Shown here: piece after piece, positions 19,192-28,228 of the stretch | How positions within the stretch are numbered: position 1 is the first letter of the stretch | Layout: each line of letters opens with the position of its first letter | DNA from: Clostridiales bacterium UBA3953 | Lineage (GTDB): Bacteria > Bacillota > Clostridia > Oscillospirales > CAG-272 | Reading direction: 5' to 3' | Length of the DNA: 63,430 bases | Assembly (NCBI GenBank): GCA_002385415.1 | Contig: DGDL01000016.1 | Coordinates: forward strand, 1 to 63,430 | The notes under the pieces: generated by a model | Seen by the model: only the letters and a program-made list of their open reading frames with translations | What the model was told of the DNA's origin: nothing | Databases searched by the model: none | Translations under genes and position numbers: made by a program

Positions 19192-20610
19192 TCAGAACCT
19201 GAAGTCGCGTGCACCCGCGTCGATGCCGGAAAGGTTGCGCTCGACAATCTCCCTTACTTTGGGATTGGGGATATTGTCAAGCTCGGCTAAAATCATTTTC
19301 ATGCCTATCTCGCGAGTCTCGGGCGAAGCGTAATCGTCAAGATACTCGCGCAGGGTCATCAGCGCGTTGGGATGGCAGCAGTTTTGGATTTGACCGCTCT
19401 TGCACAGGCTCATGAAGCGGTCACCGGTACGCCCTTCGCGATAACAGGCGGTGCAAAAGCTCGGTATATAGCCAAGCTCCATAAGCCAGCGCACCACCTC
19501 GTCGAGCGTGCGCCTGTCGCTGACTTCAAACTGCTCGGAATTTTCGTCCTCGGGTTCTGGTTCGCAATAGCCTCCCACGCTGGTGCGCGAACCGCCCGAA
19601 ATCTGGGACACGCCGAGCCCGAGAACGCGCTCGCGGCACTCTTTGCTCTCGCGCGTGGAGACGATCATGCCGGTATAGGGCACTGCGATGCGGATGCAGG
19701 CAACAATTTTGGCGAATATATCGTCGTCTATTCCGTTGTCGAACGCAGACGGGTCGATGTCGTCGGCGCGGCGGATGCGCGGCACGCTTATTGTGTGGGG
19801 CCCGACGCCGTATACAGCTTCAAGATGCTCGGCATGCATTAAAAGTCCCGCAAATTCATAGCGGTAGTTTTCAAGCCCGAACAGCACGCCCAGGCCCACG
19901 TCGTCGATTCCGCCCTGCATGGCACGGTCCATTGCCTCTGTGTGATAGGCATAGTTGTGTTTTGGCCCGGTCGGATGCAGCTTTTCATAGCTTTCCTTGT
20001 GGTAGGTCTCCTGGAACAGCACATAAGTGCCTATCCCGGCATCTTTCAGCTTTCTGTAATTTTCGACGGTGGTCGCCGCTATGTTTACATTAACGCGGCG
20101 AATAGCGCCGTTTTTATGCTTTATAGAGTAGATGGTATTGATGGATTCAAGTATGTATTCGATGGGGTTGTTGACCGGGTCTTCGCCCGATTCGATAGCC
20201 AGCCGCTTGTGCCCCATGTCCTGTAGTGCAATAACCTCGCGCGCAATTTCCTCCTGCGTCAGCTTTTTGCGCGCTATATTTTTATTTTTGTAATGATATG
20301 GGCAGTAAACACAGCCGTTGACGCAGTAGTTTGAAAGATACAGCGGCGCGAATATTACTATGCGGTTGCCGTAAAAGTCATTTTTGATTTGCCTTGCAAG
20401 CGCATATATTTCTTCGTTGCGGTCCTCGAGTTCGCAGTCGAGCAAAACCGCCGCTTCGCGGTGGGAAAGCCCTTTGCGCTCTTTGGCTTTTTCGATTATA
20501 TGGTCGATAAGCTCGGCGTTGCGCTTGTTTTTCTCGGCATAGTCAAGTGTTGCGAGTATCTCCTCGTGTGAAATAAATTCTTCTGCTCGGGTCGATTTGG
20601 GATTATACAT
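19192..20610 (-). CDS. hydG: [FeFe] hydrogenase H-cluster radical SAM maturase HydG
   Basis: 472 aa. Radical SAM CVNGCVYCPY. C-terminal CTAC-x22-C auxiliary cluster motif. Confidence 0.9.
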   Translation of the reverse strand: MYNPKSTRAEEFISHEEILATLDYAEKNKRNAELIDHIIEKAKERKGLSHREAAVLLDCELEDRNEEIYALARQIKNDFYGNRIVIFAPLYLSNYCVNGCVYCPYHYKNKNIARKKLTQEEIAREVIALQDMGHKRLAIESGEDPVNNPIEYILESINTIYSIKHKNGAIRRVNVNIAATTVENYRKLKDAGIGTYVLFQETYHKESYEKLHPTGPKHNYAYHTEAMDRAMQGGIDDVGLGVLFGLENYRYEFAGLLMHAEHLEAVYGVGPHTISVPRIRRADDIDPSAFDNGIDDDIFAKIVACIRIAVPYTGMIVSTRESKECRERVLGLGVSQISGGSRTSVGGYCEPEPEDENSEQFEVSDRRTLDEVVRWLMELGYIPSFCTACYREGRTGDRFMSLCKSGQIQNCCHPNALMTLREYLDDYASPETREIGMKMILAELDNIPNPKVREIVERNLSGIDAGARDFRF

Positions 20611-20742
20611 AGCAATGCTTCCTTTCTTCTGGGTCAGCGTATGTGCGCTTACCCGTCAGCTAAAATATAAATGTGTTTGAGTGGGAAGGTATCCCGGAAA
20701 TTATATAGCTTGTCGCCGGTCGCGTGATTGTGCGCCGTAAAA

Positions 20743-21795
20743 TTACTTTTCGCGCCAGTCGCCGCGGGAAACGACAATTTTATATCCGACGCTTTCAACG
20801 CGGCGCTCAAGGCACCGGCGGCACTCGGCGGCTTCGTCGCCGGTACAGATTTTGTTGTCATACAAAAGGTATTTGCTGCGCACTTCGGTGGGTGAAAGAT
20901 TGGGCATGACGACATTTGCGCCGGCAAGCAGTCCAAGCTCCCGTCCGCGCGGATGGATAGTGCCCAGCGCCGTTGTCGCGGGGAGCAGCACGTCTGGCAG
21001 CATGAGCCTGACAATGGCAAGCAGATAAAGTGTCAGCTCGAGCGAGCCGGCAGGCTCTTTGGCAAACGGGGTGGAGTGGTGTGGGATAAACGGCCCGATG
21101 CCAACCATGTGAGGCTGAAACTCTTTTATAAACTCAAGGTCGGCGACAATACTGTCGATAGTCTGATACGGCGAGCCGACCATAAATCCGCAGCCCACCT
21201 GATAGCCAAGCTCCTTTAGGTCGCGCAGACAGCGTATTCTTTGCTCGAGCGAAAGCTCACCCGGATGGATTTTGGCGAAATGACCGGCGTCGGCGGTCTC
21301 GTGCCTTAAAAGATAGCGGTCGGCGCCCGCCTCGCGCAGCCTCGCGTAACTTTCGCGGCTGCGTTCCCCGACAGACAGCGTTACGGCGCAGTCGGGGTAT
21401 AGTTTTTTGATTTCGCGCACGATTGAGCATAGCCGCTCGTCGGTGTAAAAAGGGTCCTCGCCACCTTGAAGCACGAATGTGCGAAAACCAAGCTGGTAGC
21501 CTGTCTGGCAGCAGTCTAAAATCTGCTTTTCTGTCAGTCTGTACCGGTCGGCCGAGCGGTTTGAGCGGCGTATCCCGCAGTAAAGACAGTCGTTTTTGCA
21601 GTAGTTTGTAAATTCTATAAGTCCGCGCAGATAAACGTCGCGGCCATATATTTCTTCGCGCACATCTCGTGCGAGGCCGTATAAATATTGTGCCGACTCC
21701 TCGGTACGCCCGGAAACAAGCTCGTGAAACTCGCTTCTGTCCAGCGTGTGACTGTGGTGAAGTTTGTCGGCAAGGTATTTGATTCGTTCGTTCAA
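20743..21795 (-). CDS. hydE: [FeFe] hydrogenase H-cluster radical SAM maturase HydE
   Basis: 350 aa. BioB-like radical SAM CKNDCLYCGIRR. Synteny with hydG and hydF. Confidence 0.88.
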   Translation of the reverse strand: MNERIKYLADKLHHSHTLDRSEFHELVSGRTEESAQYLYGLARDVREEIYGRDVYLRGLIEFTNYCKNDCLYCGIRRSNRSADRYRLTEKQILDCCQTGYQLGFRTFVLQGGEDPFYTDERLCSIVREIKKLYPDCAVTLSVGERSRESYARLREAGADRYLLRHETADAGHFAKIHPGELSLEQRIRCLRDLKELGYQVGCGFMVGSPYQTIDSIVADLEFIKEFQPHMVGIGPFIPHHSTPFAKEPAGSLELTLYLLAIVRLMLPDVLLPATTALGTIHPRGRELGLLAGANVVMPNLSPTEVRSKYLLYDNKICTGDEAAECRRCLERRVESVGYKIVVSRGDWREK

Positions 21796-22049
21796 GCGTT
21801 GCCTCCCAAGTTTGAGTATACGGTTTTGGCGTTGATGCCCGGCAAACGCCCTATTTTGCCCGAAAGCGCACTAATCGTGTTGTGCGGCGCGTCTATCGCA
21901 ATGCTGATAATTGATATTCTGCGCTCCCTGTACGGTATTCCCATACGCCCGATTATATACTCTGCGTACTCGTGCAGCAGGGCGTTCAGTTTCTCCACCG
22001 ATTCTGGCTTTTCAACGATAATGGCTATAATGGCAATGCGCGTTTCCAT
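21792..22049 (-). CDS. TM1266-family putative iron-only hydrogenase system regulator (ACT-like)
   Basis: 85 aa (IAIIAIIVEKPESVEKLNALLHEYAEYIIGRMGIPY...). 4-nt overlap with the hydE start. Confidence 0.75.
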   Translation of the reverse strand: METRIAIIAIIVEKPESVEKLNALLHEYAEYIIGRMGIPYRERRISIISIAIDAPHNTISALSGKIGRLPGINAKTVYSNLGGNA

Positions 22050-22076
22050 GGGGCGATCTCCTTTGCAAAATTAAAC

Positions 22077-22100
22077 AAAAAACGCGCCCCGAAAGGCGCG
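22077..22100 (-). terminator. intrinsic terminator after the polysaccharide deacetylase gene
   Basis: On the minus strand, a GCGCGCC-TTTCGG-GGCGCG hairpin followed by TTTTTT. Confidence 0.7.
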
Positions 22101-22254
22101 CTTTAATACAAAAGCGTGTCATACGGGCTTCTCACTCAGAAAAATCTTCGTGTTCAGGATCTATATATGATGTTCCTTGCCGGAAGAAAGACTTGCGGCT
22201 CGGATTATGCCGACTATATTATACCACAAAGTGTGCATTTGTCAAGAAAAACGT

Positions 22255-23475
22255 TCAGCGCTGGGTGTACTCTCCGATATAGCCCTCAAGCGTGTCAAAG
22301 CTGTATCCCTTGCTTTGAAGCAGCTCGATTGCCCACGGGAGCATTTCGACTGTCGAATCGTATGTTTCGTGCATCAAGATAATAACAGGCTTGCCGGCGG
22401 CGTCGAGTGCCTCAAGCTGCTCGCGGAAACATTTTTTTTGATACTCGACCGGCGACAGGTCTCCGGCTTTTGAGCGGCTCCATACATCGTTGTTTGACAT
22501 TGTCCAGTCGAAAACCCTAAACTCGCGACGTGCAAGCTCGTCCACAATATCACTGTAGCCGGCATATCTTCTGGCGCATGCCGAGCCGCCCGGCATGCGA
22601 TACAGCGAGCAGCAGTAATCTTCGCCAAGCTCGGCATAAACGGCATCGTACCATCGCTGCATATCGTCGAGAAAGCCGTCTTTTGACGAGTAAATGTCGG
22701 CATAATTGTGCGAATATGAGTGACAGGCTATCAAATTGCCCGACTCGGATATCGCTTTAACACGTCCCGGAAAACGCTCTATGGCGTTGCCCACGACAAA
22801 AAAAGTCGCTTTGGCTCCATAGGAGTCGAGTATATCGAGAATCCTATAGGTATTGTAATTTGACGGCCCGTCGTCAAAAGTAAGATATGCTATTTTGACT
22901 CCCTTGGGCGTCATGTCGTCTTTTGGCTCGGGCTGATCCGGCACTCCGCCTACCTTTAAAGTGACGTCCCGCCCGGCAATAAAGTAAAAGTTCTCGTCGT
23001 CCCACTTGCCGTAAAACGACACGACGACCACCGGCGCGTCGGGAACTGCGCCGTCGCTGTCGGGTTTAGCATCTATACCGTAAGAAGCAAGGTATTCGAG
23101 CGCCTGTGCGACATTGAGATTGAAAAAACGCGGGACTATAACATAGTTTTCGGCATCCTCAGTGGCGGCTTCGGTTGTTTCGGCCGATTGGGCTGTGTCG
23201 GCAGTCTCCGGAGGTGAGGTTGACGTGGTTTCGGGCTCGTCCTGCGTCAGTGCGTCCGGTGTGTCGCCGGGCTCGCCGGTGACATTGGCCGGAGTGACGA
23301 ATGCAGGCACTGCGTCATCTGCATAGTCTGCTTTGGGCGCAATTGTCTCCGCATGTTCCGCTTGCATGCTGACTATTGCCCTATGCAGCGAAACATCTTC
23401 ATCGTAGGTGACGGTGCAGGAAAAAAGCGCGAGCAAAACCGCAAAAGACAGGGCAAACAGTTTTTTCACTTTCAT
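22255..23475 (-). CDS. polysaccharide deacetylase (NodB homology) lipoprotein
   Basis: 406 aa. Lipobox LALFSC. NodB motifs TFDDGPS and CHSYSHN. Thr/Glu/Ala-rich linker. Confidence 0.85.
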   Translation of the reverse strand: MKVKKLFALSFAVLLALFSCTVTYDEDVSLHRAIVSMQAEHAETIAPKADYADDAVPAFVTPANVTGEPGDTPDALTQDEPETTSTSPPETADTAQSAETTEAATEDAENYVIVPRFFNLNVAQALEYLASYGIDAKPDSDGAVPDAPVVVVSFYGKWDDENFYFIAGRDVTLKVGGVPDQPEPKDDMTPKGVKIAYLTFDDGPSNYNTYRILDILDSYGAKATFFVVGNAIERFPGRVKAISESGNLIACHSYSHNYADIYSSKDGFLDDMQRWYDAVYAELGEDYCCSLYRMPGGSACARRYAGYSDIVDELARREFRVFDWTMSNNDVWSRSKAGDLSPVEYQKKCFREQLEALDAAGKPVIILMHETYDSTVEMLPWAIELLQSKGYSFDTLEGYIGEYTQR

Positions 23476-23783
23476 CTATACATATTTCATGCGTCATCAC
23501 GGTCGCAAGCCGGAATATTTTGGATTTGTCCTATGTTGTCGACTATATCATCGAAATTTGTCTTTAATGTTTCAAAAACATTAATAAAGTCAATATATTC
23601 GACAAAAATATACCAACAAAATAAATCAAATCATGTCACTACTTTAGACTTGACGGGGCTACATGCAAATATGCAAAGCAAGTTTTGAGCATTTTCAAAG
23701 CTTTTGACAGCGGATTTTACAATTTGAAGAATGATTATTTTAATATATGGTAAACTGTTTTAATAAAAACATTATATTTAAAG

Positions 23784-24953
23784 GTGTATAATAGAAAAGT
23801 AACCATGTCCGACGCCAGGTTATACAGCGCCGGCACGAGGGAGGCAGCAACATTGCAGGTTTTTGCATTGGTCCCGGCGTATCAGCCCGACGAGCGTCTT
23901 GTGACTTTGGCGCAAGAGCTTGATTTTGCCGGTTGCTCGGTGATTGTTGTTGACGACGGCAGCTCGCCGGACAAAAAGATGTATTTTGATGGCGCGTCGA
24001 AATATGCGAAGATAATAGCCCATTCGCACAACATGGGTAAGGGCGCGGCGATAAAAACGGGAATAAGGTATATTGCAAAGAGCGCAAAAGCAACCGGTGG
24101 CGCCGTCATTGTGGTTGTTGACTGCGACGGCCAGCATTTACCACAGGATGCATTGCGCGTGGCGCGGGAAGCGGCAGCTAATCCGGGCTGCTTGGTGCTC
24201 GGTGTGAGGGATGTCGGGCAAAAGATGCCGCTGCGCTCGCGGTTTGGCAACACTGTGACGCGCGCTGTTTTCAGGCTGCTTTCGGGTGTATACATATCCG
24301 ACACCCAGACAGGCCTGCGCGCATTTGACAGCAGCCTGTTTGATTTGATGCTCGAAATTGAAGGTATGCGCTATGAATATGAAATAAATGTGCTGATGCG
24401 CCTTGCAAAGGAGCGTGTACCGATACGCGAAGTGCCGATTGAAACCATCTATCACGACCGGAAAAACACAGTCTCGCATTTCCGCACGTTATCCGACTCG
24501 TATAAAGTGTTTGCGGGTATGCTACGCGCAGCCGACATGCCAATGCTGAAATTTACTGTCAGCTCACTGTTGTCGTTTTGCGTTGACTTTATGCTTTTTA
24601 ATATCTTTTTGCTGTTTTTTGAACGGTATCGCTTTGGTGAAGTGATTTCAAACGTATGCGCCCGCGTCTTTTCAAGCGTGTTCAACTACAGGCTAAATTG
24701 CGGTTTTGTTTTCCGCAGCAAAAGCAGCGCAAAGTCTTTTTTTGAGTATTCGGTGCTTGCGGCGCTTATACTTTTTTTCAACACTGTGCTGCTTGTCGGA
24801 TACACAAAGCTAAAAATAGCCCCGCGGATTGCCAAACTGCTGACTGAAATCACGCTGTTTGTTGTTAGTTTTACCATCCAGCGGTTTGTCATTTTCCGAA
24901 ACAAGCGTAAGCCAATGGGCATCGGTCAAAAAAAAGTAAGCCGTGGAGAATAA
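23784..24953 (+). CDS. family 2 glycosyltransferase fused to a GtrA-like membrane domain
   Basis: 389 aa. GT2 motifs VVDDGS and DCDGQH. Four C-terminal TM helices of GtrA type. The start may be ATG 23805 rather than GTG 23784. Confidence 0.8.
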   Translation: MYNRKVTMSDARLYSAGTREAATLQVFALVPAYQPDERLVTLAQELDFAGCSVIVVDDGSSPDKKMYFDGASKYAKIIAHSHNMGKGAAIKTGIRYIAKSAKATGGAVIVVVDCDGQHLPQDALRVAREAAANPGCLVLGVRDVGQKMPLRSRFGNTVTRAVFRLLSGVYISDTQTGLRAFDSSLFDLMLEIEGMRYEYEINVLMRLAKERVPIREVPIETIYHDRKNTVSHFRTLSDSYKVFAGMLRAADMPMLKFTVSSLLSFCVDFMLFNIFLLFFERYRFGEVISNVCARVFSSVFNYRLNCGFVFRSKSSAKSFFEYSVLAALILFFNTVLLVGYTKLKIAPRIAKLLTEITLFVVSFTIQRFVIFRNKRKPMGIGQKKVSRGE

Positions 24954-25042
24954 AATCTCCTCGGCTTTATTTGCTTGCATTAAACAGCCTGCATACGCAT
25001 ATTGATGAAAATGTAATGTTCTCCCGACGGCTGAAGGAGGCA

Positions 25043-25381
25043 ATGGAAATGCAGCACGCGGCGCTTATTAGAGTGGCGGCGGCCGGAGTTATAACGGTGC
25101 TTTTGCTTGTTTCGGCGATAATTTGGCTGCGACTGGCAAACCGCATTACAAAAGCTGTGTGTTCGGCGGCGCGGTTTGACGTGACAGTGCAGCTTGCTCG
25201 CGTATATGTTTTTGCCGCAGAACAGATTTTCGGCGACGGCAAAGGTGAACAGAAATTCGAGTATGTGAAAAATGCTCTCGCAAAAGAGGGTATAACGGCT
25301 GACGACAAAAACGACCACGATAGGGTCAAAGCGCTGATTGAAGCGGCTGTGAGAGAGCTGAAGTATCTCGAGCAAAACTGA
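25043..25381 (+). CDS. LL-H-family phage-holin-like protein (orphan)
   Basis: One N-terminal TM helix (VAAAGVITVLLLVSAIIWL), then AEQIFGDGKGEQKFEYVKNALAKEGI...ALIEAAVRELK, typical of the LL-H holin family. AAGGAGG lies upstream. The start is ATG 25043 or 25049. Confidence 0.55.
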   Translation: MEMQHAALIRVAAAGVITVLLLVSAIIWLRLANRITKAVCSAARFDVTVQLARVYVFAAEQIFGDGKGEQKFEYVKNALAKEGITADDKNDHDRVKALIEAAVRELKYLEQN

Positions 25382-25455
25382 AAAATGTTGCCCGGAGGCG
25401 TGCTCCAACCTGTCACCGTTTAAAACGGGACGCGGGAGACAGCCGTCCGGGCAAT

Positions 25456-25869
25456 TTATATATTGATTTCTCCACGCCGCGTGGTAAGCTCGATTATAAG
25501 GTCAATGTTGTCGGGCTGGATTTTCGCGTCGTGGGCAGACTTGTTGCGTTTTATAGCGCCGCATTTTTTGCAGCGGTAGATAATCATATACCCTCGGCGC
25601 GCATCTGTTTCCGCCGCGAGCGGGACAAGCAGCCCTCCGCACCCCGAGGCTCTGTCGCCTGGGACAATGTCGACATGCAGGGAATAAAGGCAAAAAGGGC
25701 AATGGTCGCGCGAGCTTGAACCGAGCGGCTGGACGGTTTTGTCGCACTGTGCGCAGACAAATCCGTTGTCGTTTTTGATGAAATTCTTTCGCTCACCGGG
25801 CAGCGAGCCACCGCGCTCCGGCAGGGCAGGGGAGAGGTCGCCGTATTTGCGGCCATGTTTTTTAGCCAC
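25456..25869 (-). CDS. RNHCP-domain zinc-ribbon protein
   Basis: 137 aa. CAQC...RDHCPFC...CGG...RCKKCG pattern characteristic of the RNHCP domain. The start overlaps the U32 gene stop by 8 nt. Confidence 0.65.
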   Translation of the reverse strand: MAKKHGRKYGDLSPALPERGGSLPGERKNFIKNDNGFVCAQCDKTVQPLGSSSRDHCPFCLYSLHVDIVPGDRASGCGGLLVPLAAETDARRGYMIIYRCKKCGAIKRNKSAHDAKIQPDNIDLIIELTTRRGEINI

Positions 25870-27145
25870 GCAGGATGTCGCCCTCCTTTACCTCAAACGG
25901 CACACCCAGCCAAAACTCCATGAGCGGGTGAGGCGTCGAATCAATCGGATTTCCTTCGGCGTCATAGAGAAGCTCTGCAACAAATGCCCGACCGGTTTTG
26001 CCGGGCGTGAGAATTGATACAGTGTCTCCAAGCTTAAATTTGTTGCTCTGGACGAACCGGTAGAGCGTCAGACCTTTTGTTGCCGCCTCATGCTGCAACT
26101 TTTCGGGCGGCGCTATGTCCCGGCTTTGCGCCACGGCAAGATATGCTTTGTCGCGTATATAATCGAGCGTAGAGCACACATTCGCGTCCTCCTGCGGAGG
26201 CCCGAAAAAGAAACCGGTGCTGTATTCGCGGTGGGAAACCGACTCGACTTCGCCCCAAAGCCGCTCGTCGAACACATAATTTTCGGGCGAGGCGGCATAA
26301 CTGTCCAGCGCAATGCGATATGCGTTTGCCGTCACCGCGGCATAATATTCGCTTTTCATACGCCCCTCGATTTTAAGGCTGTCTATACCCGCCTCACAAA
26401 GTTCGGGGATATGGCGTATCATGCAAAGGTCACGGCTGGACAGCACAAATGTGCCGAACTCGTTTTCTTCGGCCGGTATAAACATGCCGGGTCGCTTCTG
26501 CTCCTCAAACTCGAGGTATCGAACGCGATAATTCCAGCGGCAGGGCTGGGCGCACTCGCCGCGGTTGGCGTCGCGGCCGGTCAGGTAATTTGAAAGCAGG
26601 CATCGCCCGCTGTATGCAACGCACATGGAGCCGTGGACGAACACCTCAAGCTCAAGCTCGCGCGAGCACCGGCGCCTCAATTCCTTGATTTCAGAAAGCG
26701 TCAGCTCGCGGGCTAAAATCACGCGTCTGCAGCCGAGCCGCAAATATGCCTCTGCTGCGCGTGCGTTTGTAACGCTGGCCTGTGTGGAAACGTGTATCGG
26801 TATGTCGGGCAGCATCTCACGCGCCAGCGATATAGTACCGAGGTCGGCGCATATCAGCGCGTCGACGTTTGCTCTGCCGAGCGATTCGAGGTATTTTTCG
26901 AGATGGACATATTCATCGTCGTGCGGCATGATGTTCACTGCCGCATAAACCTTTTTGCCTTTTGCATGGGCGTACCGGACAGCCTCCGCAAACTCCTGGT
27001 CGGTAAAATTGTTTGCAGCGGCACGCATTCCGAAATGTTTGCCGGCAGCATAGACAGCGTCGGCACCGTAGTTTAGTGCGAAACGCAGTTTTACCGGGCT
27101 GCCGGCAGGCGAAAGAAGTTCTGGTATTTTAACTGTTTGTTTCAT
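25862..27145 (-). CDS. peptidase U32 family protein (RlhA/TrhP-type)
   Basis: 427 aa. ELLSPAGS N-terminus and EVFVHGSMCVAYSGRCLLS motif. Confidence 0.85.
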   Translation of the reverse strand: MKQTVKIPELLSPAGSPVKLRFALNYGADAVYAAGKHFGMRAAANNFTDQEFAEAVRYAHAKGKKVYAAVNIMPHDDEYVHLEKYLESLGRANVDALICADLGTISLAREMLPDIPIHVSTQASVTNARAAEAYLRLGCRRVILARELTLSEIKELRRRCSRELELEVFVHGSMCVAYSGRCLLSNYLTGRDANRGECAQPCRWNYRVRYLEFEEQKRPGMFIPAEENEFGTFVLSSRDLCMIRHIPELCEAGIDSLKIEGRMKSEYYAAVTANAYRIALDSYAASPENYVFDERLWGEVESVSHREYSTGFFFGPPQEDANVCSTLDYIRDKAYLAVAQSRDIAPPEKLQHEAATKGLTLYRFVQSNKFKLGDTVSILTPGKTGRAFVAELLYDAEGNPIDSTPHPLMEFWLGVPFEVKEGDILRG

Positions 27146-28118
27146 TTGGATTTGGCAGTATATCGAGCTCGTGATAAGCCTCCGTATAGGTTACCTCATA
27201 AGAGTTGGCTTTCGATTCGAGCATTTCGTTGAAAATTCGGGCCATATAAAGGTCGCGCAACTCTTCAAGATGCCTGTATATATATTCGTCTTCAAGCGGC
27301 AGGCGCTGGATAATGTGATAGCCGTACACCGATTCCACTATATCGCTTATTTCGCCGAGCTGGAGTGATTTAACAGCGTTTTCAAAAGACTGGATCATTT
27401 GGCCGTGAGTGAAATAGTATCCGTCGGTGTTGCCTTCCACGCCCTGGTCCTCGCCGTATTCTTCTTTGAGAGTCTCAAAGTCTTCGCCGGCTCTGATGCG
27501 GCTTAAAATTTGTTCGGCAAGAGCTTTGTTTTCGGCGGGGTCGTCCCCCTCGTCGTTCATGATAAGGATATGGGTTGCGCGGTAGAAGTTTTTGGGTATG
27601 TCCTCGAGCAGGGTCCGGTCGTCGGCAAGTATGATTCCCGACGCCTCGCTTGTGACATGCTCAAACAACTTTTGCCAAAGCTCGTGTGTCTGCAGCAGCT
27701 CATTGAACATGCGCTCCGACATGTGTTCGGCTTCGAGCGAAGAGTAATAATCTGCTTCGTCGGTATAGCTTTTTTTCACTTGGCTTATATATTGCGATAT
27801 GCTGTTTTTCGTCTGCGGGTCGAGCTTGACGCCATACTCTTTTGCCATATCTTCGATGGCTCGGTTGCGTTTTAATAGAAACAGCACGTCGCTATAAAGT
27901 TTGGCAACGTTATCGGTGTCGGCCCAAAAGGATTCGTCGCCGCCGTCATAATCGGCTTTGGTGTTGTAGTAGAAATAATTGAACTCGTCGAGCGGAACTT
28001 TTTCGCCGCCGATTATCATGACGGTGGGATTATCTTTTTGGTCGCCGCATCCGGCGGCTGCCGCCATGACAAACAGAGCGGCGAGCATAACAGCCGTGAT
28101 TTTAACTATTTTTTTCAT
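27129..28118 (-). CDS. PrsA-like peptidyl-prolyl isomerase lipoprotein (parvulin type)
   Basis: Start at the internal ATG (MKKIVKITAVMLAALFVMAAAAGC lipobox). Parvulin motifs ATHILI and YGYHIIQ. Confidence 0.8.
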   Translation of the reverse strand: MKKIVKITAVMLAALFVMAAAAGCGDQKDNPTVMIIGGEKVPLDEFNYFYYNTKADYDGGDESFWADTDNVAKLYSDVLFLLKRNRAIEDMAKEYGVKLDPQTKNSISQYISQVKKSYTDEADYYSSLEAEHMSERMFNELLQTHELWQKLFEHVTSEASGIILADDRTLLEDIPKNFYRATHILIMNDEGDDPAENKALAEQILSRIRAGEDFETLKEEYGEDQGVEGNTDGYYFTHGQMIQSFENAVKSLQLGEISDIVESVYGYHIIQRLPLEDEYIYRHLEELRDLYMARIFNEMLESKANSYEVTYTEAYHELDILPNPNETNS

Positions 28119-28228
28119 AATATATCCGCCTTTTCTGCGAGATGTGCAAAGCGCGGGTGAGCGGGCCTGTCTTTGGCTCACGCGGGTCCCGCGCTTTGGC
28201 TGTCATCGCGTATTGGAAGCGAAACAAC

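Noticed and set aside
17401-21795. A Cys-rich small ORF next to two radical SAM enzymes could look like a RiPP (sactipeptide/ranthipeptide) cluster.
   Set aside because: The radical SAM proteins carry HydE/HydG-specific features (CTAC-x22-C C-terminal cluster, BioB-like HydE). They sit with HydF and the TM1266-like regulator. The small ORF is convergent and on a separate transcript, and there is no peptidase or exporter.
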